Part shown: positions 14,233 to 27,478 of the stretch, one piece after another
Numbering within the stretch: position 1 is the first letter of the stretch
Layout of the letters: every line of letters begins with the position of its first letter
Assembly (NCBI RefSeq): GCF_000981445.1
Contig: NC_027216.1
Span: forward strand, 558,001-622,000
Reading direction: 5' to 3'
Source of the DNA: Babesia bigemina
Lineage: Eukaryota
DNA length: 64,000 nt
Program-made: the position numbers and the translations under genes
The notes under the pieces: generated by a model
Database searches by the model: none
What the model saw: the letters and a program-made list of their open reading frames with translations, nothing else
What the model was told of the DNA's origin: nothing

Positions 14233-14661
14233 GCTTCACAGGACAGTTCCATCGCGTCGTAGAATCGTCTAGAATATCACGAAATGCCACACACCTGCGA
14301 TATATACACTTATTTTCAACCGTACGCTGCCACCATCGCCGCATCGAAAGCCGACGGCGGTACTACACCGCACAAAAGTAAGGCTACAACATCTGGGAGG
14401 TGGACAATTGAATGAATGTTTACTTATGTCTACTTATTGTCATAACATAGATAAAAAACTATTACAGTTTTGACCTGCAATATTTTATCAATTTGCCACT
14501 TTATGCCTGTAGAATCCTGATCGATCGCTCAACGTCTTCCTTATTGCTTTGCATCACTTGTAGCATCCGCCTAGTTCCATCCAGCGTTTCCGATTTTGTT
14601 GTATCACATCATACCAATAGATGTACTTTATATTTGTAATGAGGACTCTTGATCATCACGG

Positions 14662-15432
14662 TCAAAGCGTATTGGAAGGCGGAAACGTGTAGTACAGCTG
14701 ATGAAACTTGCAATGGAGTGGAGGGCAATTATTTCCTATAGAGGCACGTAGACTTCCATTCCTGAATTGTAGCGGAGAATTCAATCTGGTATAATATATA
14801 GCTGGAACGAAGCTCAACGAACCGTCGCGTATTAACTCGTGAACCCGGCTCCAACATATCTCGTTGCGGGCATTACGAAAGCGTATCATGCCCTCAATTG
14901 ACCCTCTTCGCACATTAAAATACGCCATATCATGCATACACCCTCTCAGGTGGTGAAACATGTGTCGTGGAGGGTTCACGCTGAGCCCGTCGATAATTGC
15001 GGTCAATTGCATTGGTACGAATGTAGGCTCTTCCCCGATCCGCAGTATGTCCAGTAACCTGTATGATTCCGCTACTATCTCAGATATCCACTGCATATCA
15101 CGTGGCGACATCTTGCGTGCCGCTGTCATTATTATGGGATCCAATCGGCGATACATCTCGTGTAGGTCTCGGAAGGCTCTTGCGTACGGTTTTCGACGTA
15201 CACTCGGCCCTGAGCTTGTGAGGTTTCTGTAATGAACCAAAAAATTTTCGCTGTACGATGCCCATCTCGGATTCATTATTTGCAGCCTCACAAGGATGAG
15301 CAGCAATATCTTTTGCGTTTGCGTCAAAACATTGAAGATGGGCATATCTGGATATACTACGGGCACATTGGCTTCTAGTAGCACTGTATTATCCAGAGGA
15401 GGCGTATTGTTATCCTGCCTGTCGCTTTCCAT
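14662..15432 (-). CDS. Orphan hypothetical protein (~256 aa) in an AT-richer interval
   Basis: Uninterrupted ORF from ATG 15432 with no recognisable domain. Probable decayed paralogue at the window start. Confidence 0.6.
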   Translation of the reverse strand: MESDRQDNNTPPLDNTVLLEANVPVVYPDMPIFNVLTQTQKILLLILVRLQIMNPRWASYSENFLVHYRNLTSSGPSVRRKPYARAFRDLHEMYRRLDPIIMTAARKMSPRDMQWISEIVAESYRLLDILRIGEEPTFVPMQLTAIIDGLSVNPPRHMFHHLRGCMHDMAYFNVRRGSIEGMIRFRNARNEICWSRVHELIRDGSLSFVPAIYYTRLNSPLQFRNGSLRASIGNNCPPLHCKFHQLYYTFPPSNTL

Positions 15433-16440
15433 GGTGGCTGGTTTTCGCTCTAGACTACGGGTATGAAGATGCATGCAATAGCCTTCTATATTCAAGCTGG
15501 GGAAAATATTTAAACAGTTTTGCGCTTTCAACAGATTTCAACTGTTGGATATTAGTTGGTGGTGATTATAGAGTGCAGAGGCTGTGTCACCCTACGTTGG
15601 ACTCAAGGCTTGCTGTCTGTGAGTAATATTTTGCTGACTGAAAAATGTGATAAAGATATACACAAATAAATTTATGACTGGGTGACACCACTGAGCCGTA
15701 GCGTGTCTGGGTCTCCACAGCTGTCATCTGGCTGGCTACGCAAAGTCTAGAGCCTAATTTTTGGCGATCAGTGCCTCCGTGTGGTTACGCCGTCGGATGC
15801 GAAGGGGTGTTATGTTGCTACCACTCCATTCACATATAGCTCAAATAAAGCATGTCCGCAGATTGTGGGCTGACAATGCGTTTGTGATAATTTTTGCGTC
15901 TAGACACTCGTATGGCGCCTGGCTCTGTGCTTTCGTCGGTGGATTCCTCGCCAGATGGCTACACATAGAGCACATATGCGACTGAACGCATTTATAACAA
16001 CGTAAATAGCGGTTTAGACATTAACGATAGGTGTTAACTTGCGCAGGTAATGTGCTGTAGGCCGACGCTCCTGCATTTGCTCCACAGCGTCGCGCCCGAG
16101 TTTTGCGGAAGTTACCGATCTGTCATGCGGTAACTGTAACCTGACGGCATTATATAGCGATGCAAAGTTTTAAGGTATCTTGTCGCTCCAAAGATTCGCG
16201 TCGATTACGTTGAGACATACGGTGCCGACGGCCGCAGAAGTCGCCTTTTTTGCATTCATCGCGAAGTATTACTGACATTCTCGATTTTACTAAAGGTGTT
16301 TCTGAGATCTAATATGCGCCACTGGTAGCCGTATTTGCTTCCGTGCGTATCGCTATATAAACGCAATCTCCTCGGCTGTCGCCTTATAGTCTTGGTTCGG
16401 AGGAGCAGGTAGGATTGCTGTCAAAAGGTTTTTGTTTACT

Positions 16441-17418
16441 ATGGAAGTTAACGATACTTCTAGTACTGAGGTCATTCCTCTGTGTCACGTGGTTACCGTT
16501 GTGAGCGACGTTTTTTTGCGATTCTCCAATATAGAGAGGATTGAGCGTGCTGTTCTACAGAATGCGGCCGAATTGCTAGCCCGTCAAGTCAATATGTTTA
16601 CAGTGTACGACTCACACAGTGTTTTGCGACGCCACTTCATGCGAAAATATGGCGGTTACACTCGATGCTCGGTTTTAACACAACCCCGACGTACGGTGTA
16701 TGACCTTGACGTAAGCGACTGTTCCAGCTCAGTGGACGGTTTCGAATACAACAGTGAGACAGATTCGGATAGTGACAGCATATATTTCCTGGAACGGAGT
16801 GGCTCTGATTTTTTCCTCTCGACATTCCACAGGGTGCAGCATGCGTCGAGGCGAGGGCTGCGGCTCTGTTTTCTGGATCGCAACCATGCCCACCAGCAAA
16901 TCCTCAGTCTGTCTCCTAGCGGCTATGCACCGCTCGACGACTGGATAGACACGCCCGGGGTATTTCTGCGCAGCAAACAGGTCAGGTATCGCGTTCCCCC
17001 AGAGCATCACGTTTCTCAACTCGAACTTCAACGGCAGTTGAATTCCATAGATGGGATACAACTGCCCAATGCCGACCTTGTAGTAACAGTGTATCCTGGG
17101 ATTCGCGATAGTCTGCTTTTCTTAATCGCATTTTTTTGGTTGAGCCTGCTGCAGTTGCTAAAATGCATATTTCCCCGGCGTTTCAAGCCAACCATGCCCC
17201 CGAAATTAGATTTAAAACTGTTGCTCAGGTGCATCGCAGCCCGCATAAGTGGCGCGTTTTGTTTCGGGGGGTCGGTAATATACTCTTTTGGTACCGACGG
17301 CATTCCGCCATTTTTTCTGGCGGATTCCGAGCTGCACCAATGCTTCGGGTTGACCGTCGCTGCGTTTTCGCGTTGCGTCGATCGCTACTATACGTGTCAG
17401 AGGCGCAAAGGCAAGTGA
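16441..17418 (+). CDS. Hypothetical protein with a hydrophobic segment
   Basis: 325-aa ORF from ATG 16441, ending tail-to-tail 2 bp from the VAC14 stop. Confidence 0.65.
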   Translation: MEVNDTSSTEVIPLCHVVTVVSDVFLRFSNIERIERAVLQNAAELLARQVNMFTVYDSHSVLRRHFMRKYGGYTRCSVLTQPRRTVYDLDVSDCSSSVDGFEYNSETDSDSDSIYFLERSGSDFFLSTFHRVQHASRRGLRLCFLDRNHAHQQILSLSPSGYAPLDDWIDTPGVFLRSKQVRYRVPPEHHVSQLELQRQLNSIDGIQLPNADLVVTVYPGIRDSLLFLIAFFWLSLLQLLKCIFPRRFKPTMPPKLDLKLLLRCIAARISGAFCFGGSVIYSFGTDGIPPFFLADSELHQCFGLTVAAFSRCVDRYYTCQRRKGK

Positions 17419-17420
17419 AT

Positions 17421-19956
17421 TCAAGTCCCACGCATGTTCATCATGGCCAGCTGCTCCCCTATTTGTGCGAATTGCGATATGCTGAGCCTGCGCATCAGCT
17501 GCTTATTGGTTTCGCTCTGCGGTAGCAACATCGACAGCCCTGTTTCAATTATTCAGATATCGCTTCACACTCACCCAGCAGGGCCTGTAACAGGTCGTTG
17601 TGTTGAGTCGGCTTTAACAGGTGTAGCCGCATTTTCATGAACACGTGCGTGTCGAACAGTTGGACGAGGCTGTCTGTCCACAGCCAGAACTCCACATCAA
17701 AATTGGAGTCGGCTCTACGATTATCGTGATGAAATATGACGTTATACTTACATTTGTTGTACAATTTCGTTGGCTAGTTTGTATTTTTCGCGCCATAGCG
17801 CCAGTGCCAACGCTGACGATAGGTTGTGTTCCCTGCACGTAACAAAACGACCTTTCTATGGCCTTACCAGCACTTCTGCAACAAGGTACCCAAGGATTCA
17901 CCCTCTGCAGTCAAGAGCAACTTCCTCATCGTCCTCGCATCCTGGGAATAACATGCCCAAAGGACTCAGTGTACCTACCTCCGACGTGAGCAGCGTCCAA
18001 TTGAGGGTATGAACGATCCGCCTAAGGAAGTCCGCTTCCTGCATCACATAGCGACGACACTTGCAGGTGCTTACGGCATACAACGCGAGGCACTCCGCAG
18101 TTATCTTGTAGAATTTCTCGAAACCTATCTGTTTGCAGACGTTGATGATGATGCGGTTGCCCCTCTCCTCCTGCGAAGTCTATGAAACGACAACGCTTAA
18201 AATACTCACCAGCAGTGCGTCATCACTCTTGAATAGCTCTAATAGATGTTGCGATACGAGCTCGAAATTCTGTTCCCCCAGTTCCACCACCAGTATGATC
18301 GCCTTGAGCGTGGCCTCCATGATGGGCTGCAGAAGCTTCGCTGGGTGTCAACGGTGAACCTTACCTCGGAGTCGCTCTGCTTGAAGCACAACACGATAGC
18401 TCTAGTCACGACCGGCAGCGCGTCCTTCATCACGCGTGGTCTGAACGGCGTAAAGGCAATCCACATTTCCATGGACCCACTTGAGTTCCAGGAGCAGCGT
18501 CAGCCACTGCAGAACCGTTAGCATGACCACGTGGGTCACGGGTAATTCCACTATTTCCGTGAGCTCTTTGGTGATCTGTTTGACGTTCGAAACGCTCCTT
18601 TGCTCTTTCGCCGTCATAAACAGCTGCTTGTTCGCTTCCTGGGCACATGCACTGACATCTGCAACCATATGGAGCTGATGATTCCGTCACTCACCTGCGT
18701 TCTGATCGGCTATTGACATTATAACCGCTCTCAATAGCTGCGGAAACCCCTCCTGCGAATCCATGAAGTCTTTTGTCACCCGTTACCCACAAAGTGGATC
18801 AATTGAGGCTGTAGGCAGGCGAGCTCCCGTATCCATCCTATGTTGTTTTTCTTCACGATGTACTCGCTGCGCTTGGTGTTGATGAGCACTGCCTTGAACA
18901 ACGCTTCGTTTACGATGTTGGTCTTCGTGGCAAACGTCTTTTTGAACAGCGACAGGAATTCTGCTAGGCAGAGCTCTGCCCCGCCCCTTACGTCTCTGAG
19001 ACCCATGCAGCTTACATGCATCATAACTAACTTGTTGCTATCCACCAGCATGTTGAGAAGCCCGATGTACAGCTTTGGGAGGTGTTCCAACATATCAACA
19101 TCTGCGTCTTCATGGATTCTACTATTCGTTATAACGTACTCGGCACCGCGTTGAGCGCTGTTATCCACGATATCTGTTAAACGTTTCCACTACAAATATG
19201 CTCACTCACCAGCAGCATCCGCACAAACGAGTTGGTGACGTGCATCCGGCTTGCCACCAGGTTGACCACCATCTCCACCGTGTGGTTTCCGTTCTGCAGT
19301 ATGATATCCTTCACGAGGCGGCTCATGAGCTCCGATGTCTGCCGCACATCGTCATCTATATCGCAGCATAACTGGAAGGTTGTATTGCGAGGTTCAGTTT
19401 TTGTTTTCCGCATACCTTGCAGACGCCGTCAAATATCTCCGAGAAATTGCGCGTTACCGCATCTGGCGCTTTTTTGAAGATGTTGAAGAGCGACTACGGG
19501 GCATGAACACGCGACGTTAACCTCTTTTACCTCGCAGGCATAGTAGCGCACTGCGGAATCTTGATCCGTGAAGTACGGCAATGCCACATGTATGAATGCG
19601 TCGGCATGATCGTCCAGGTATTCCTATAAAGCGTTGGCTCTTACTGAATGGCGACCTACTTCAAGCGCTATTGCAGCCGCTGCGAGTCCGATAAGCCCTC
19701 CTATGCGATGCTCCGGTATCGCGTTGTCTAGGAATCGCAATCGCATCAGTTCCAAGAATCTGCCGACGGCCTCTTGGCAGATTTCGTGCCGCCCATCCTG
19801 CTCCTGCGCATCCTTTATGAATTTTCGGACCGCCTGGGAGATGGTATTCCGCGCCCTTTTGCGGAATTCCGGGTTTCCGTCCACGAGATAGGAAGGCGTG
19901 TTTTCCGGCAGAAACTCGTGGCGCCCTGCCGCGCTATTTTTGCTAGTAACGCTCAT
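17421..19956 (-). CDS. VAC14: VAC14 PIKfyve-complex scaffold (multi-exon)
   Basis: RIGGLIGLAAAAIAL, FTDQDSAVRYYACE, HEAT-like helices, C-terminal LVQLFDTHVF..MRLHLL and GLSMLLPQS..RRL. Confidence 0.85.
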
Positions 19957-19985
19957 AGGTCATTACGTAAACATTTTAGAATAAA

Positions 19986-22900
19986 TTATGCGTTTCTGAA
20001 CGAGAATTTGATGGTCGGGATGACGACGTCCACGTCGTCGTCATCTGTGCAGCTGGCCTCCATGACCAGGTGAGAACAAGACGGTGGCAATGGCTTCTTG
20101 GAGAGCTTCTCCATCAGCTGCGACGCTGTGAAAGCCAATGTGTGCATCCTACCTCTGCGACTGGCTGGTTGAGGCGCTCCCGCTGGTGCGAGGGCATGAA
20201 CGAGTTGTAGATGCAGATGTTCCCTGCGCTGAGAATGATGATTTCCACGTTGAACTTGTCGCGAATAGCTTCGATGATCTCCTTTACAGTGCCGTTCGGC
20301 AGGTTGAGATGCACCTTGTCCCAGGTTGTGAAGTTCGCCGGCAGCGCCCTAACAGCTCCGCCTACAATAGGGTCGTACTCCTTGTCGCTGGTGGTCGTGG
20401 GTGGCATAGGCTCCGACTGCAGCCATACCGGAGTGGCGAGGCAGCAGAACGAGTTCCTGAAGTGCTCCAACTTCAGCTTCTTGTAGCATATGGTCTTCAC
20501 GAACTCCAGCATGACTAGTCCGGCGACCATCGCGGTCGTCGTGGCGATGGCGGGTATGATCTTTCCTGCGATAAGCTTCGCCTTCATGCGGTCACACTGC
20601 TCTATGTCATAGTTTCGGCAGCGCATGTTCGCGGTGGCCCATATGAACTCTATGTGGAAGTTTGTATCGTCATCCTTTTCGAAATCGACGGAGTTGAATT
20701 TGGCGTTGCTTCTCCTGATTTCGTCAATTAAAACTTCGCGCATCTTATCGTTGTTTGCGGGCGCCTCTACTTCCACGTTCAGTTTGTCGTTTGACAGTTT
20801 GAGCACTACGGGCTTGAACTCCTCGAACTCCACCTTCGGCATCGCTTTAGCGTCGTTCGCGTCTACACGCACATCCTTGCCCTGGCACCAGAATGTTGTG
20901 CGCTTTGCGAGAACTTACAATGACCGTGCCGAGAATGTTGGACGTTGCAACCAAGAACATGTTGACATATTTCTCCTCCGAGTTGAACACGAGTGGCTCC
21001 GGTATCCTCTTGGGTGGGCTCCAGAATTTGAGCCCGTCTGAGGTGAGGTGGTCCGCCGGGAACGAATACAGCAGCTGCTTGATGTTGTTGACGAAGTACT
21101 GGTTGAGGAGGTGGGCTGCTATCCGCAGAAGCTCCTCCTTGGCGTTGTTATCCGTGATTTTCACCAGCTGTGCAATCATCTTCACCTTGTCGTCCGGTAT
21201 GTCGTCGATTTCTGTGAATCGTGATGTCACACTGTTCTTAGCACGCTTACCCGAGGAGTTGTTCTGTATCTTCCTCATGTCGTGGGCAAGTTGGGTGAAC
21301 AGGCCCTCGAAAAGATCCCTCGCCCACTGTATCGTGTGGTCAACTTGGTACGGGAAGTGTTTGAGTGTGCACAGAGGGATCGATGTTTCCTGTGGGTCCT
21401 GGCTCTCGCTGTAGCATTGCGTGATGTGCGGTATGATCACCTGCACATTGCCCATGGTGCCAAGCGTCCCCGACTCCAGCAGCGGTTTCTCGTACCACAC
21501 GCACCGCCCGTCAACGTACTGCCTCGCCTTCACGTTGTCCAGCGCGTTGACCACCACTGTGAGGTGTTCCCAGAACCTGTCATTGAAGTAGTCCTCAGTT
21601 TCCTGCCCAACTGCAATCTCAAGCGCCTCTATGCGCATGTGCTCGTTGATATCCTTGGCCGCCATCGCCGCAACCTTCGACTTGGGGAGTCCAACGTGTT
21701 TCTGGAAACGTTTGTGTATCTCAGGCGGCTTCTGCACCCACCTTCCTGAAGAGGAACTGCCTGCTGATGTTGGAGACCTCGATGCGGTCATTGTCAGTGA
21801 GCGTAACGACACCTCCATTTTGTGTTCCGCACCCTAACAGGGCGAAGTGCTTCATGAACTCACAGCCAAGCGCTCCGGATCCAACCTGCAAAGTTTGTAT
21901 GCGTGGCACGGCTAACTCACTGTGAATATCTTTGCGCTCTGGATCTTGCTCTGCACTTCGCGCCCCCATATCGCTATCTGGTCGCTGTATCTGGAGTCGA
22001 ACCCCACGTCGCTCGTGTTGCCCGTTGTGACTTCCTCCGGCAGGGTGAAGTCGCAGTAGAGCCACTGGTCGATGGGGTGGTACTTGCCGGTGAACTTGAT
22101 AACTTCGTGGGCAACCACACCTCCGACGAACGAGCACAGCGGCGAAATCCTCAGGTGCGCGAATCTCACGAAATTAGACAAAACCTTTTCGTCGATTTGC
22201 TCAACTGCCGAGGACTGCGCCTTCGCGTTCAGGTTCTGCGCCGAGGCCTTTACAGAGTTTACATCGTTTCCACACATGCGATATGCCATGCTGATCCAGT
22301 GGAGCTGCTCGGCTCTTCCGAAAAGGCTGTAGTCCATGGTCAGCATGCAGTTGTTCTTCGAGGGGTTAGTCATCGCCTCCTCGAAACTGATGAAGTTGAT
22401 CTGCTTGGGCCTGCGTATTTCCTTCACGATACCCCCGGAGATATAAGGTTTGAAGCCACGCGTATCACCGATGGTGAAGGAATCTTTGTCCTTGACGGTG
22501 ATTTCCACGGGGCCCATGGAGTTGAGCTCCTCCATGCCCTCGACCTCGGAGAAGGTCACCACGTCCCCGCTCTGGAATGGCATGCTGCCTTCGGTGTGGA
22601 TGTACACAACCCCCTTCTCCTCCTGATTTCACATCAGCTACAGGTGTGAACTGCTCTTACGCTGGAGATGCCGGATACGATAGCGGTGATGGTATCCTTG
22701 CCCGAGGGGTCGACGCAGACGAAGTTGTTGCCAAAGTCTACGAATATCGCTCCCACCATGCCGAAAGTGTCGGCCGATATGAACCCGATACGCTTGTTGA
22801 GCCTGTTGTTGCGGCACGATCCGCTGACTTTCATCAGCATGTCCAGCTTCTGGTCGCAGCAGACCACAACGTCGTACTGGACAATAACCTCCTGCCACGA

Positions 22901-23310
22901 TGCTTAAATCGATTTGGCGCCATCAGCCTACCTCTGTTATCTCCCCACGATGGGCGATGACGTTTACGTTGCCGTTAAGGTCCTGGAGGTGGCGCAGACA
23001 GACCTCGCTGACCACCTTCACTCCGACGTCCGCCGACCGCAGGAAAAAGTTCACGCCGAGGTCCTGTCTCTTCACGGTGTCGTCATCGTGCAGGCATATG
23101 GTGTCGACTCCCATCAGGGCGAGATTTTTGGCTGCGCGTTTTTTGTGATACGCCGCGTTCGGTGCTACCTATTTCCGTACCGACACCCTTGGCGCCGATG
23201 ATGAGGACCTTCAGTTTTTGGAGCTTGCCCATCATCTCGATCCCGAAGGTACCGATCTGCCTCGAGTAGAGGTCAGTATCGATGCCGGTGTTTTGGCCGT
23301 CGAGATCCAT
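19986..23310 (-). CDS. UBA1: Ubiquitin-activating enzyme E1 (multi-exon)
   Basis: [34 protein letters not shown], catalytic [31 protein letters not shown]. Confidence 0.96.
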
Positions 23311-23492
23311 CTTGGAAGCTACCCGGCGAGGATCCCGTTGCAAAGCGTGTACCGATGTACGTCGTTTGCTTGTTATTTGTGTGTATAAATACACGTCTGT
23401 TTCGCAAAAGTACAGCGCCACGTGATACCAGGCGGGTCGAACGCGCTGGGCGCAACATCCCCGCTCGGCGCGCCTGCCACGAGCTGCTAGTT

Positions 23493-24209
23493 CTAATCTT
23501 CGAGAATTATTTTGCGATAGTGGCTTATTGGAACCAATTTGAAGGCATTTATCTGCTCTATGTAGCTCTGTATCTGCTGCTGGCCGACAGGGTACGCATT
23601 CATGGAGGCGACCAGGTCTAGGAGACCCTGAATTTCTCGTGCGATTTCCATGAAGCTGCGATATACGCCATCCGCCACCACCGCCGATTCTGCTGGTTGT
23701 TGCTGATGGGTAGAGCTGCGGTTGATGTGTACGACAGCGGCGTCGAAGACAAGCTCCATCTTCGGCAGGGTGGCTGCCTGGAACGTGCTGCACTCTGCAC
23801 TGATTTCTGCCATCATCTGCAGCATCTTGTCGCTCTGGCGTTGCAGGAACATCGGTATGGCGTCTGGTAGGTTGGCCTTGACGTTTGCCACGAGCGGCGA
23901 CGCTGCGCCGACGTCGTTTCGGGAGGCAGCGGTGATCGCAGCCAGCCTGTCCATGGCCTCGTGATACGCAACTGGCACTGCTATCTTCTCGCTACCGCGG
24001 TTCGTATAGCTTTCTATGATCCTGTCAACCATGCGGTCTTGCTCCGTGGCGTCGACTTCATCGGCGCCCACGAATAGCAGAAACTTGTCCAGGAGGATGA
24101 CCATGGCTCGGAGGTTGGTGTCGACGTTCTGCTGCACTTTTTGCCACGCCTCCAGCATTTTATCGTAGCGCTGCAACGCAGCACGATCCAAGGCGAAGTC
24201 TGCCGTCAT
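23493..24209 (-). CDS. Hypothetical helical protein (238 aa)
   Basis: Single long ORF with protein-like composition. Its ATG overlaps the MDM35 stop. Confidence 0.65.
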   Translation of the reverse strand: MTADFALDRAALQRYDKMLEAWQKVQQNVDTNLRAMVILLDKFLLFVGADEVDATEQDRMVDRIIESYTNRGSEKIAVPVAYHEAMDRLAAITAASRNDVGAASPLVANVKANLPDAIPMFLQRQSDKMLQMMAEISAECSTFQAATLPKMELVFDAAVVHINRSSTHQQQPAESAVVADGVYRSFMEIAREIQGLLDLVASMNAYPVGQQQIQSYIEQINAFKLVPISHYRKIILED

Positions 24210-24521
24210 CGTCTCTCATACTGCTCGATAGCGCTGACGATCTCCTTTTCACCCATGCTCGCAAAATGCTCCTGCGGCGGTGTTGCCGGTCACACATTCC
24301 ACTGCTCACCTTGAGACAGGCTCTGTATTCCAGTAGTTGTTCGCGGCACTTGTCTTCCATTACCCCCTTGAGGAGATCGTTCTTGAGCCAGGCGTCGAAG
24401 CAGCGCTCGTAGACTTGCTTGAGTTGCGCGCACACACCCTGCGAAAAATCAGTCTCCCGGTCGTTTCGCCCACTTCTTGGTGCACAGTTGGTTGTGCGGT
24501 GGCTCCTTCCTTCGCAGTCAT
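24206..24521 (-). CDS. MDM35: Mdm35/TRIAP1-like twin-CX9C protein (3 exons)
   Basis: Spliced product MTAKEGATAQPTVHQE-GVCAQLKQVYERCFDAWLKNDLLKGVMEDKCREQLLEYRACLK-EHFASMGEKEIVSAIEQYERR*. Confidence 0.8.
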
Positions 24522-24851
24522 GCAGCCTGGCCTCGTTCCCGGTCGCGACAGCGCTGTGCCCGTGGTTACGGTGAGGCTGTACACATCGACCGCTGCAACG
24601 TGAAACCGAGACGACTGCCAGTAAACTTGAAGCAGCGCACTCGGCTGAGATTTGTGGATGCTTAATTCGGCCTGGATGCTCCAATAAACCGTCCGACTTT
24701 GGCTAAAATCTGTCGTATTTCCCCATAGGAGCAGCATAGTGTACGTCCTCGCCGCCGCGTTTATACGCCGCTTTCCATGCGGTTACGTTGGCATTTGGCA
24801 GCGAGACTTTTAAGGTTTGATTTCCGGTCGGTGTGTTCACGTGCTGCTGCA

Positions 24852-25501
24852 ATGACGCGCCCTCTTCAGAAGATTGTAGGTGACGTTTCCGGGCTCCTAA
24901 TGCTGCTCAGATAGTCGTCGCCGGGCCGCCCGGCTCCGGCAAGAGCACCATGTCCGGCCGGATGGTCGATTTTTTTGGTTTTAAGCACATTTCCGCCGGC
25001 GAGTGCCTCCGCGAGGAGATGTCTAACCCCGATTCGCCGAACCGGGACCTCATCCGCAGCTACATCGACGCTGGCAAGGTGATTCCCGTCGGCGTGACGA
25101 TCGAGCTGCTGATAAAGAAGATGGAGTCGTTTGGCTGGGGCGAGCACGTCATCGTTCTGGACGGTTTCCCGCGCAACGCCGACAACGCGCAGGGCTGGGC
25201 CGAGCGCATGAGCGCGTGCACGCAGCTGGAGCACATGATCGTTTTGAACTGCTCCATCGAGGTCTGCAAGGAGCGCATCCTCGGCCGGGCGAGCGAATGC
25301 GAGCGCACCGACAACGCGACCGCGGCCATACAAAACCGCATGAAGGTCTTCTTCGACGACACGGTTCCCATCATGCACTGCCTGATGATGGCGGGCAAGT
25401 GCACGTCATTGGACGCGTCCGGGACGAAGGACGAGGTGTGGCGCGAGGTCACCAACGTCCTGGGAAGGTTGGGCTACCAACCCGTCAGCAACGGCGCGTG
25501 A
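24852..25501 (+). CDS. UMP-CMP kinase / adenylate kinase family
   Basis: GPPGSGKST P-loop (after a short intron), HISAGECLREE, LDGFPRN. Confidence 0.88.
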
Positions 25502-25598
25502 GAACATGCCGCTCCGTGCGTCGACAGCGGGCGCCGGCGCATTTCGCCCCGGGCTCCGTACGAATCGCCTACTCAACATGTTACATTATCACAAGAAG

Positions 25599-27240
25599 TC
25601 ACTCGTCTCTTAATGCCTTGAGGTGCAACGCGTACGCGTTGGAGACACCGATGTCGGCAAGCTGTTTCTGGAATGCCTCTGCGAGCTGCTCCAGTTTGGT
25701 TGCGATATCTTCAAATCCATGCATACGCAGTGTCTCGTACGGGGACTTGTCGTTTGCGATATTAGGTGGCAGCCGCGAGCATTCTTCGGCCGACTGCGAG
25801 TCCCTGTCGAGCACGTTTTCGTGCACGTCGTTTTCCGAGCTGGCGTGCGACACCAGCCCCTCGCTCTTGCAGTCGGCCTCCTCGTTGGGGAACAGCTTGT
25901 GCGCAGTGGCGCACTCGAAGTACAACTCGTCCGTCGTCTGCTGCTCCAGCTTGTCGATAACATCCGCCGTGAGGTTAAACTTAAGTGATCCCACTACAAT
26001 TTCCATCCAATCCCGGTTGTTGCAATTCTTGTTGGGGTCGTTCGTGAGGTTCTCGCAGTTGGAGTAGTACGCGCTCTTGACCAGCTTCATGCCCTTGTTC
26101 TCCATGGTCGGTCCGAACCCTGCCGGCGGTGTGTTTCATTCGGCGCGTTCCTACCTGGTATGAGCTCTATGAAGCTCCAGGCCTCCGCCTGTTTGGCGTG
26201 GCCGTACTTGATGACCTTCATGACGTCCGCCACGTCTTGCATGGTGAGCAGGTACGGCTCGAGCTGCTTCAGCCTGAAGAGCACGAACCTGAAAATTGCA
26301 ATCCACCCCTCCGCGAAGAAGAAGTCCCACAGCCGCCCCTGCACCTTATTACGCTATTGGAGGCGGCACTCACCAGTGGCCTGATGGGTATGGAGTTTGC
26401 GCAGAGCGTCATGAGCCAGTCGGATGCGATCATGGGTATGTGTACCCCTATTTTCCGCAGGTGCTCTATGAGCCCCGGCACGTGCGTTTCCATGCATTTT
26501 TCGATGACGTCACACCGTCTGAACACCCCCGGTAGCCCCTGCAGGTACATGCACCTGCAGTCGTACATGTACATGAGGGAGATGAAGGCCCAGAACGCCT
26601 GCTCCTCGACGCAGTGCCAGAGCAGGTTGGCGACGACGAAGTTGAGCCCCTGCACGTACCCCACCTCAGGGTCGAAGAAGGCGTAAGCCATGAGTATCCG
26701 CCTGAGCATGAGCCTGCCGTAGCGGGTGTAGAACCTGAGCGACGGGTAGGTCCTGCGAATGTCCAGCGTGATGGCCGTCGTCGTCTTCTGGCCGAGCACG
26801 AGGTCCGCCACCGTCATCTTGACGCCTTCTACCACTATCTTGTTCTCCAGGAGCTGGACAACGTTCCAGTACACTCCTGCCTTGCGCAGCACTGCCGACT
26901 GGCAGCACTTCAGCCACCAGTGGTTGAAGCGGGCGCAGCGCTCACCCTTCGTGTACCTGGGTATCGGCTTGTTCATGGCGTTCTTTATCGGCTTTTCCGG
27001 CACGCCCGGAGGATTGACCGCTATGCGCAGGCACTCGCATTGCGGCATCGAGGGCACCATGCCGTACGCCGCCGGGCGTCCGAGCACGCTCCTCGTGCCA
27101 AAGCCGAATATGTCCAGCATCGATATCAGCGACGTGGACTCCTCCTGCGCGGGCGGCTGAGTAGGTCTCGGCTCAGCCGCCTGGCCCTTTTTCGGCGCGT
27201 TGGCGCTGTTGTTCAGCCCGAGCTCCTTGATTTCCGCCAT
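25599..27240 (-). CDS. TBC-domain Rab GAP
   Basis: ITLDIRRT (Arg finger), GYVQGLNF (Gln finger), RLWDFFFAEG. Confidence 0.88.
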
Positions 27241-27478
27241 CGCGCCGGGACTTCTGTGCAACAGATACGTAGTTTCTACGGTTTCACTTTTCCAGTACCC
27301 TCATTTTCCTACGCTGCATTTATCGGTGTGTAAGTGCGCTTCTGACGGCCGCCGGGACTCGACGTAGTGCGCCGTCGCGCATGGCGGACGTGTAGCTAGC
27401 GTTTGCGCCACCTTCCGTATTCAAAGATGCTGCGTTTCCAGCGGTGAGAATTTATTTTGCGACGACCGGCGCTTCAGT

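Noticed and set aside
15470..15477. TGCATGCA ApiAP2-type motif (also near 48684)
   Set aside because: Isolated 8-mers that cannot be distinguished from chance.
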